18,243 nt of DNA from assembly GCA_043228905.1 (NCBI GenBank), contig JBHGNT010000657.1:1-18243 (forward strand). Reading direction: 5' to 3'. Shown here piece by piece: positions 10,301 through 17,534 of the stretch. The notes beneath the pieces are model-generated. The model was not told the origin of the DNA, ran no database searches, and saw only the letters and a program-made list of their open reading frames with translations. A program made the position numbers and the translations under genes. The stretch's first letter is position 1, and each line of letters opens with the position of its first letter. This stretch comes from Azolla caroliniana. Taxonomy: Eukaryota; Plantae; Polypodiophyta.

Positions 10301-10590
10301 TTGTGGGCAGACCGGACCACGCACAGTTCGGTAACCGGGTACATGCCGACGGAGCTCATGTTCGGCCAGAAGCCGATCATGCCGGTTGAACGGACGATCT
10401 CCTCGTGGGCAACGGTCGACTGGAGGGACGAGATGAGCCGGGAGGAGTTGTTGGTCGCACGTATACGACAGCTCGAGCGGAGGCCGGAGGACGTGGCACT
10501 GGCTACGGAGAAGCTCCGGGTGGCGAGGACAAAGAACAAAGCCCGGTTCGACCGAACGCACCGGCTACGACCGAAGAAAATCGAAGAAGG
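7364..10590 (+). CDS. pol: Gypsy pol (RT, RNase H, integrase Zn finger and catalytic core), interrupted at 10590 by the copia
   Basis: Open frame from 7364. RT: LRFIQDLQPVN, DLYSGYDQF, LPQGGTNS, PFLDD (8537-8548). RNase H: VDTSPTGIG, RELWG, EMDC, ADMLSR. Integrase: H..PWAGH...CESC, WMVDLV, VADRG, KVERGH. As it stands the ORF reads into the copia LTR and stops at 10636. Confidence 0.93.
7370..7438 (+). promoter_or_regulatory. Putative -1 programmed ribosomal frameshift signal (slippery G GAT TTT plus downstream structure)
   Basis: The pol frame (-1) opens after TAA 7361-7363 and ORF1 stops at 7377-7379, so the overlap is only 16 nt. It contains G_GAU_UUU in the correct phase, with candidate stems starting 6 nt downstream. 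Confidence 0.75.
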
Positions 10591-10668
10591 TGTTGGAATT
10601 TCGGTCCCTCCGGATGGGATGTCCGGAGATGAATGACGGCAAGCCCGGAGGCTGTTACGGAACCGTAG

Positions 10669-10948
10669 GATGATGAAGACCCCGGTTACGGAGCCGGATG
10701 CTGAAGACCCCGGTTACGGAGCCGGATGCTGAAGACCCCGGTTACGGAGCCGGATGCTGAAGACCCCGGCTACGGAGCCGGATGCTGAAGACCCCGGCTA
10801 CGGAGCCGGATGCTGAAGACCCCGGTTACGGAGCCGGATGCTGAAGACCCCGGCTACGGAGCCGGATGCTGAAGACCCCGGTTACGGAGCCGGATGCTGA
10901 AGACCCCGGCTACGGAGCCGGATGCTGAAGACCCCGGCTACGGAGCCG
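10669..10948 (+). repeat. 28-bp tandem array, 10 copies, in U3 of the copia 5' LTR
   Basis: Unit GATGCTGAAGACCCCGG(T/C)TACGGAGCCG, head to tail with no spacers; variant order T T T C C T C T C C. Confidence 0.97.
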
Positions 10949-11040
10949 GATGACGAATGTACCCGGTGAGAGAGATCCGGATGCGGGGACATATTTGTGA
11001 ATATGTTTGCCAAGAGCCCTTGTGGTTATATTTGTAAATA

Positions 11041-11077
11041 GCCCGAAAGTCATATGTGTATAAATATGACTTAGGGC
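11041..11077 (+). promoter_or_regulatory. Putative copia LTR TATA box inside an inverted repeat (second copy 15977-16013)
   Basis: TATAAA at 11059-11064 lies between AAGTCATAT (11047-11055) and ATATGACTT (11064-11072), with outer GCCC/GGGC. Confidence 0.65.
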
Positions 11078-11132
11078 AAACAGTATAGAAGGTTGTTGTT
11101 GCTCATTTTTCCCATGCGAAGTGAGAGCAGCC

Positions 11133-11168
11133 GAGAGAGAGAGAGAGAGATAGAGCGCGAGAGAGAGA
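11133..11168 (+). repeat. (GA)n tract in the copia LTR (second copy 16069-16104)
   Basis: (GA)9 TAGAGCGC (GA)5, the same length in both LTRs. Confidence 0.9.
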
Positions 11169-11444
11169 CGAAGAGGTAGACGCCTCTGTGTACTTCCGCC
11201 GCCTGTGGCGAGGACAGCGAGCTCAAGGTTGTTGCCTTGCAGCTCGCCATTGTATATTTCTCTGTGCATAGTTTGGTTCGGAGTCTCGCACTCCCGTGGT
11301 TTTTTCCCGTATAGGGTTTTTCCACGTTAATCCCTGTGTATCGCGTCTTTCTCTGTATTTCCTATTTTCTGCTACATTGATCCGCGATTACTCGGCTGTG
11401 GCCGAGCGAAGAAGGTGAATCCAAGCGGTGATTTCCTTTCAAAC

Positions 11445-11456
11445 TGGTATCAGAGC
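11445..11456 (+). other. Copia primer-binding site complementary to initiator tRNA-Met
   Basis: Canonical plant TGGTATCAGAGC, 3 nt after the LTR. Confidence 0.96.
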
Positions 11457-11470
11457 GACTGTTGCGGAAA

Positions 11471-14400
11471 ATGGAAGGCGGCGGCAGCGGGCAGCCGATG
11501 ATGATGGTGCTGAATGCACAGAATTACGCCGACTGGAAGATCAAGATGGAGGATCTTCTGATTGTTCGGGACCTGTACGAACCGATTGACAGGTCGGAAA
11601 TACCGAAAGGGGTACTTGAGTCGGAGTGGAAGCTCCTGAACCGGAAAGCCGTAGCGACGATCCGACAATATGTCGACGTAAGCGTCCTACAACATGTGGC
11701 GAACGACACCAACGCATACGAAATGTGGAAGAAGCTGTCGGGCCTCTATGAGAGGAAGAATGCGCTGAACCGGACCTCCCTGATGAGGAAGATTGTGAAT
11801 CTCAAGTACCGGGACGGCGAGAGTATGGTGGAACACGTAAGTACGTTCATGGGATTCGTGAACCAGCTTGCGGCGATCAAGTTCCCGTTGGAGGATGCAA
11901 TGCAAGCCATCATCCTGATGTGTACATTGCCGGACAGCTGGGAGAACTTGGTGGTGACTCTCAGCACCTCCTGCACGGAAGACAACTTGTCCCTACAAAC
12001 GGTAAAGACAAGTATTTTGAACGAAGAAGCGCGTCGGAGAGATAAAGAACCGGCCTCCGACTCGAAGGCGCTGCTTGCCGAATCGGAACGGGGAAGACAA
12101 TGGAACCGGAGTCCGCAAAGACGGGAGAAGTCGGGGACCCGGTCGCAGTCAAGAGGAAGACCCACATGCTTCCACTGTGGGAAGCCGGGGCACTTCCGGA
12201 AGAATTGTCGGCATTACCGAAAAGACAACGGAGCCGACGACACCGATTCGAAGAAATCACCGGAGAGAAACGGTGCATACCGGGGAGCCACGGACCGGAG
12301 AGGTCCGGATCGGCGAGGGCAGGACCGGAAAGGAACGACGGCACTCGCGGCAAGTGAAGAAGAGATAATGCTTATTACCGAAGAGAGGGAGCTGAACCTT
12401 GCCGGTGTAGAGATGACCTGGGTGGTCGATTCCGGAGCGTCGTTCCACCTGACCCCGGAGAAGAAATACTTCTCATCCTACACAGCCGGTGAGCACGGCT
12501 GTGTCCGGATGGGAAATGAAGGTACGTGCCGGATAGCCGGCATAGGAGACGTGTGGCTGATGACATCAACCGGATGCAAGATGCTGCTGAAGGATGTGCG
12601 ACACGTTCCGGAGGTCCGATTGAACCTGATCTCGGCCGGGAGGCTAGATGATGAAGGCTACACGGGTAGCATCCGGAACGGCGTAATGAAGTTCAGCAAG
12701 GGGAGCCTGATAGTGGCTCGGGCCCGGAAGGTCAACACACTGTACCTGATGAATTCCCGGCTATGTCTGGAAGAGCTGAATGTGGCAGCCGACACTGCCG
12801 GTGAGCTGTGGCACAAAAGACTGTGCCACATGAGTGAGAAGGGGATGAAGAGGCTTGCAGAAGACAACCTCATTCCAGTGAAGCATGTGCATCTGGAGAA
12901 GTGCACCGATTGCCTGGCCGGTAAGCAGAACCGAACCTCCTTCCACTCAAGGCCACCGACGAGACGTAGCGCACCCTTGGAGCTGGTGCACACTGATGTG
13001 TGTCAGGTAGAAACGAAGTCACATGGCGGAGCCCAGTACTTCGTGACATTCATTGATGATCACAGCCGGAAGCTGTGGACGGCACCGTTGAAGACAAAGG
13101 ACCAAGTATTGTCCGTCTTCAAAGAACTCCACGCGAGAGTGGAAAGGGAATCCGGCAAGAAGCTGAAAGCGATACGAGCGGATAACGGAGGGGAATACCG
13201 GGGGCAGTTCCAGGAGTACTGTCGCTCGAAGGGAATCCGGCTCGAGTTTACTGTGCCGAAGACGCCGGAACTAAACGGGCTGGCCGAGAGGATGAACCGG
13301 ACCATAATGGAGAGGGTCCGGAGTATGCTGGCGCATGCGAAATTACCCAAGGGGTTTTGGGCTGAGGCAATGTCGACGGCGACGTACGTGATAAACAGAT
13401 CACCCTCAGTACCTTTGGACGGAGACACGCCGCAGAAAGTGTGGACCGGTAAGGAAGTGTCCTACCGGCATCTGAAGGTGTTCGGGTGTCTCGCATACGT
13501 GCATGTGGCAAAGGACCGGAGAGGAAAGCTAGATCCAAAGACCCGGCCATGCATATTCCTCGGTTACGGCGACGACGAGTTCGGCTACCGAGTATGGGAC
13601 CCGGTGGACAAGAAGATATTCAGGAGTCGAGACATCATCTTCATGGAGGACAAGACACTCGCCGACTGGGAGTCGGAGAAGAAGATGAAGAGCTCCAAGT
13701 CGACCGGTGAGGATCAACTCTACGAGGAGCAGTCCCGACCGGCAAGGGACCGGTTAGCACTCGAGGATCCGGCCGAAGACGGTGAAGAAACAGAACCGGC
13801 CGAAGAAGATGAAAACGATACCGGAACCGGCCCCGATCCCGAAATAGATTCGGATGAAGAAGAATCGGAAGAACCGGTTACCGAAGTTCCGGAACGGAGA
13901 TATCCTCTAAGAGAGAGAAGGGCCCCCCGGAGATTTCCGGAACCAGAGCACGTGCTGCTAACCGACGAGGGGGAGCCGGAGAGCTTTGAAGAAGCAAAGC
14001 ATGACACCCAGAGCCGCAGGTGGTTAAGTGCCATGCAGGACGAGATGGATTCCCTGCATGAGAACCACACATATGAACTTGTGGAGTTGCCGAAAGGAAA
14101 ACGGGCACTCCGTAACAAGTGGGTGTTCAAGCTGAAACCGGGAGATGCCGGAAACCCCCCGAGATACAAAGCCAGGATCGTGGTGAAGGGGTTCCAGCAG
14201 AAGAAGGGCGTCGACTTCGACGAGATATTTGCCCCGGTAGTGAAGATGACCTCCATCCGGACGGTGCTGAGCATTGCGGCAAGCATGGACCTCGAGGTAG
14301 AACAGATGGACGTGAAGACGGCATTCCTTCACGGTGACCTCGAAGAAGAGATCTACATGCAGCAGCCGGAAGGATTCGAGAAGAAAGGGAAGGAGCACCT

Positions 14401-15544
14401 GGTATGCCGGTTGAAGAAGAGCCTTTACGGACTGAAGCAGGCTCCCCGGCAATGGTACCGGAAGTTCGACTCCTTCATGACCGACGAAGGGTACCACAAA
14501 ACGCAGGCTGATCACTGCGTGTTTGTGAAGAAGTTCGAAGGAGGAGACTCTCTAATACTCCTCCTGTACGTGGACGACATGTTGATCGTCGGACGGGATC
14601 AGGTCAAGATACGGATGCTGAAGAAAGCGCTTCACCGAACCTTCTCAATGAAGGACCTGGGTCCGGCGAGGCAAATACTAGGGATGCACATCATCCGGGA
14701 CCGGAAGAAGAAGCAGTTGTGGCTGTCACAGGAGAAGTACGTGACAAAGGTGCTTCACCGGTTCAACATGTCGGAAGCAAGACCGGTCGGGTCAACCCTC
14801 CCGGCAAACTGCAAGTTGTCCAGCAAGCAAAGCCCCAAGACAAAGGCTGAGAAGGAGGACATGATGAAAGTACCATATGCCTCTGCCGTCGGAAGCTTGA
14901 TGTACGCAATGGTGTGCACAAGACCGGACATAGGATATGCAGTCGGAGTGGTGAGCCGGTACATGAGCAATCCCGGCAAAGAGCACTGGAACGCGGTCAA
15001 GTGGATACTCCGATACCTGAAGGGCACGGCAAACGTGTGCCTCCGATTCGGCTCCGATAAGCCCGAATTCGACGGCTTTACCGATTCGGATATGTCGGCT
15101 GATGCAGATACCAGCCGGTCCACATCAGGGTATGTGATGACGTTTGCAGGAGGAGCTGTATCGTGGCAGTCGAGGCTGCAGAAGACGGTTGCGTTGTCAA
15201 CCACGGAGGCGGAGTACATGGCGGCGGTTGAAGCCGGCAAGGAAATAATATGGATGAAGGACTTCATTAGAGAGCTCGGTATCCAGCAGGAGGAGTACCG
15301 ACTCTACTGCGATAGTCAGAGTGCCATCCACCTTGCGAAGAACGCGGCCTACCATTCCCGGACGAAACACATCCAGCGGAGATATCACTGGATCCGGGAA
15401 AGGATAGAAGACAAGGAGTTCGTGCTGACGAAGATCCACACGGACGAGAACGGGTCGGATATGCTGACCAAGGTGCTCACACCCGACAAGCTGGAAGCAT
15501 GCCGGAAGAGGATCGGGTTGGAGAGACATCCCATGCCGAAGTGA
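11471..15544 (+). CDS. gag-pol: Copia Gag-Pol polyprotein (1357 aa), uninterrupted
   Basis: LNAQNYADWKIKM; CCHC CFHCGKPGHFRKNC; protease WVVDSGASFH; LWHKRLCH...C..C; integrase VHTDVC, RADNGGEY, LAERMNR; RT QMDVKTAFLHG, LYGLKQAPRQW, YVDD (14567-14578); RNase H FTDSD, TEAEY, YCDSQSA, SDMLTK. The first ATG is at 11471. Confidence 0.96.
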   Translation: MEGGGSGQPMMMVLNAQNYADWKIKMEDLLIVRDLYEPIDRSEIPKGVLESEWKLLNRKAVATIRQYVDVSVLQHVANDTNAYEMWKKLSGLYERKNALNRTSLMRKIVNLKYRDGESMVEHVSTFMGFVNQLAAIKFPLEDAMQAIILMCTLPDSWENLVVTLSTSCTEDNLSLQTVKTSILNEEARRRDKEPASDSKALLAESERGRQWNRSPQRREKSGTRSQSRGRPTCFHCGKPGHFRKNCRHYRKDNGADDTDSKKSPERNGAYRGATDRRGPDRRGQDRKGTTALAASEEEIMLITEERELNLAGVEMTWVVDSGASFHLTPEKKYFSSYTAGEHGCVRMGNEGTCRIAGIGDVWLMTSTGCKMLLKDVRHVPEVRLNLISAGRLDDEGYTGSIRNGVMKFSKGSLIVARARKVNTLYLMNSRLCLEELNVAADTAGELWHKRLCHMSEKGMKRLAEDNLIPVKHVHLEKCTDCLAGKQNRTSFHSRPPTRRSAPLELVHTDVCQVETKSHGGAQYFVTFIDDHSRKLWTAPLKTKDQVLSVFKELHARVERESGKKLKAIRADNGGEYRGQFQEYCRSKGIRLEFTVPKTPELNGLAERMNRTIMERVRSMLAHAKLPKGFWAEAMSTATYVINRSPSVPLDGDTPQKVWTGKEVSYRHLKVFGCLAYVHVAKDRRGKLDPKTRPCIFLGYGDDEFGYRVWDPVDKKIFRSRDIIFMEDKTLADWESEKKMKSSKSTGEDQLYEEQSRPARDRLALEDPAEDGEETEPAEEDENDTGTGPDPEIDSDEEESEEPVTEVPERRYPLRERRAPRRFPEPEHVLLTDEGEPESFEEAKHDTQSRRWLSAMQDEMDSLHENHTYELVELPKGKRALRNKWVFKLKPGDAGNPPRYKARIVVKGFQQKKGVDFDEIFAPVVKMTSIRTVLSIAASMDLEVEQMDVKTAFLHGDLEEEIYMQQPEGFEKKGKEHLVCRLKKSLYGLKQAPRQWYRKFDSFMTDEGYHKTQADHCVFVKKFEGGDSLILLLYVDDMLIVGRDQVKIRMLKKALHRTFSMKDLGPARQILGMHIIRDRKKKQLWLSQEKYVTKVLHRFNMSEARPVGSTLPANCKLSSKQSPKTKAEKEDMMKVPYASAVGSLMYAMVCTRPDIGYAVGVVSRYMSNPGKEHWNAVKWILRYLKGTANVCLRFGSDKPEFDGFTDSDMSADADTSRSTSGYVMTFAGGAVSWQSRLQKTVALSTTEAEYMAAVEAGKEIIWMKDFIRELGIQQEEYRLYCDSQSAIHLAKNAAYHSRTKHIQRRYHWIRERIEDKEFVLTKIHTDENGSDMLTKVLTPDKLEACRKRIGLERHPMPK

Positions 15545-15552
15545 AGGGGGAG
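15543..15552 (+). other. Copia polypurine tract
   Basis: GAAGGGGGAG overlaps the stop codon and ends 2 nt before the 3' LTR. Confidence 0.9.
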
Positions 15553-15554
15553 TT

Positions 15555-16377
15555 TGTTGGAATTTCGGTCCCTCCGGATGGGATGTCCGGAGATGAATGA
15601 CGGCAAGCCCGGAGGCTGTTACGGAACCGTAGGATGATGAAGACCCCGGTTACGGAGCCGGATGCTGAAGACCCCGGTTACGGAGCCGGATGCTGAAGAC
15701 CCCGGTTACGGAGCCGGATGCTGAAGACCCCGGCTACGGAGCCGGATGCTGAAGACCCCGGTTACGGAGCCGGATGCTGAAGACCCCGGTTACGGAGCCG
15801 GATGCTGAAGACCCCGGCTACGGAGCCGGATGCTGAAGACCCCGGTTACGGAGCCGGATGCTGAAGACCCCGGCTACGGAGCCGGATGACGAATGTACCC
15901 GGTGAGAGAGATCCGGATGCGGGGACATATTTGTGAATATGTTTGCCAAGAGCCCTTGTGGTTATATTTGTAAATAGCCCGAAAGTCATATGTGTATAAA
16001 TATGACTTAGGGCAAACAGTATAGAAGGTTGTTGTTGCTCATTTTTCCCATGCGAAGTGAGAGCAGCCGAGAGAGAGAGAGAGAGATAGAGCGCGAGAGA
16101 GAGACGAAGAGGTAGACGCCTCTGTGTACTTCCGCCGCCTGTGGCGAGGACAGCGAGCTCAAGGTTGTTGCCTTGCAGCTCGCCATTGTATATTTCTCTG
16201 TGCATAGTTTGGTTCGGAGTCTCGCACTCCCGTGGTTTTTTCCCGTATAGGGTTTTTCCACGTTAATCCCTGTGTATCGCGTCTTTCTCTGTATTTCCTA
16301 TTTTCTGCTACATTGATCCACGATTACTCGGCTGTGGCCGAGCGAAGAAGGTGAATCCAAGCGGTGATTTCCTTTCA
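15555..16377 (+). repeat. Copia 3' LTR (823 bp)
   Basis: Exactly 28 bp (one array unit) shorter than the 5' LTR; followed by the GAAGG TSD. Confidence 0.96.
15633..15884 (+). repeat. 28-bp tandem array, 9 copies, in U3 of the copia 3' LTR
   Basis: Same unit as in the 5' LTR; variant order T T T C T T C T C. Confidence 0.97.
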
Positions 16378-16382
16378 GAAGG

Positions 16383-16659
16383 TGACTGGGTGCTCGTCTA
16401 CGACAGCAGCCTCGACAACCAGCACCGAGCCACACGGAAGTTCGCACGAAGGTGGTTCGGGCCTTACGTGGTACGGAGTGCCAATGACAACGGGACATAT
16501 CACCTGGCGGAACTTGACGGCACGAGAATGGCGATACCGGTTGCAGGGAAGCGGATCAAAGCGTTCAAGAAGCGACACGACGACGAGCCAGACCCGGCTC
16601 TCCTGGTCGGCAATGACGAACGATCCGAAAATGAAGAAGAACCGACGGGCGAGGAATGA
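16383..16659 (+). CDS. pol: Displaced C-terminus of the gypsy integrase (GPY/F module plus acidic tail)
   Basis: Removing the copia and one TSD joins RPKKIEEG to DWVLVYDSS...KFARRWFGPYVV...GTYHLAELDG...RIKAF in frame. Stop at 16657-16659; no chromodomain. Confidence 0.93.
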
Positions 16660-16717
16660 AGACGGGCCGGTTTTCTCCGTCCCAACTCTCTTGGCGCATA
16701 CCGGAGGATGCGCGGTT

Positions 16718-16730
16718 AGGTGGGGGCGGA
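16718..16730 (+). other. Gypsy polypurine tract
   Basis: AGGTGGGGGCGGA abuts the 3' LTR. Confidence 0.8.
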
Positions 16731-17530
16731 TGTCGTGAAGAAAACCGTCTATAGGCGGAATCGGCGCACCAAGGCGTGGGAACCGGTTCTTCACGCGCGC
16801 ACGCTCCGAGTTGTACATAGAAACGAATTGAGAGGATAATCGGCAGGAACGGGCCCTAACTCAAGTGGAGACAAAGACCGCGCGAACAGTCTTTTCGGTC
16901 GCGCGCGCGAACTGTACGAGTCGGCGGCGTAACTACGCGGATCCGTGAAAAACGGAGCGGATCCCTGTCCAAAAGGGACAGGGAATAAAGCTGACACGAC
17001 GGCCTGTTCGTCGGCCTATATAAGGAGCGGGAAAGAGCTGTTGCAGGGATCTGGCGCGGAGAGGACGAAGTGCTGTCGGACCGTTTCTGGACGCTTCGCT
17101 CTCTCTGTTTCCTTCCTTCTTGAGCTCCAAAGCTTTCTGTGCAGGGTTCCGGGGAGGCTCGCGCTGTTTCGAGGAACGCCCGAGTGCTTCCGGCAGCACC
17201 TCCGACCTGCTACCCCCCCCCCATTTCCCCGTTTGTGCGTCGAAGCGAACAGGCATCGGCATCTGTTCGCCGACCTGTTCGGTTGCAACCAACCTGTGCC
17301 CCATCGGGGGTTGTAGTCGTGTTAGCCATTTTGTTAATACACATATTTAGTCATTCGCATCCGTCTGTGTCGGTGTCTGTTCGCGTTCTCCGTGCTGAAG
17401 GGCCGTGTCCCTGTGTATCCCCGGTCCTGCGTAGCCGGTTCTCTCTCTTTCTCCTCCCTCGCTTGCTCTTTGGTTCGAGACCCCCGCGGTCCCGCCTCTA
17501 TTCCACACGCACTTGCGTAATATCTCGACA
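16731..17530 (+). repeat. Gypsy 3' LTR (800 bp)
   Basis: Direct repeat of 4409-5208, followed by the ACGT TSD. Confidence 0.97.
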
Positions 17531-17534
17531 ACGT

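Larger units (their letters stand above)
10591..11441 (+). repeat. Copia 5' LTR (851 bp)
   Basis: TGTTGG...CCTTTCA. Matches 15555-16377 except for the tandem array and one substitution (11384 G vs 16320 A). Confidence 0.96.
10591..16377 (+). mobile_element. Intact Ty1/copia LTR retrotransposon (Tnt1/Tork-like), nested in the gypsy integrase in the same orientation
   Basis: TG...CA LTRs, GAAGG TSD (10586-10590, 16378-16382), tRNA-iMet PBS, PPT, single gag-PR-IN-RT-RH ORF. The lineage call rests on motif resemblance only. Confidence 0.97.
4409..17530 (+). mobile_element. Ty3/gypsy LTR retrotransposon (non-chromovirus), full length, interrupted by a nested copia element
   Basis: Two 800-bp LTRs (TGTCG...CGACA), ACGT directly on both flanks (4405-4408, 17531-17534), PBS, PPT, domain order gag-PR-RT-RH-IN with a GPY/F motif and no chromodomain. 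Confidence 0.97.

Noticed and set aside
5408-10561. Long antisense or alternate-frame ORFs (5408-6220, 6867-7541, 7318-8094, 8200-9135 and others) as extra genes
   Set aside because: They are Ser/Arg/Pro-rich with no recognisable motifs, as expected for shadows of a GC-rich coding strand.
10669-10948. 28-bp repeats as a CRISPR array
   Set aside because: The units are head to tail with no unique spacers, there are no cas genes, the context is eukaryotic, and the array is duplicated as part of both LTRs.
16351-16659. 102-aa ORF as an env-like or extra 3' ORF
   Set aside because: It is the in-frame GPY/F tail of the gypsy integrase; its first codons come from the copia LTR.
4409-17530. GC-rich block as bacterial contamination or a chimeric assembly
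   Set aside because: The GC shift coincides exactly with LTR termini flanked by a TSD, and both PBSs match plant tRNAs.
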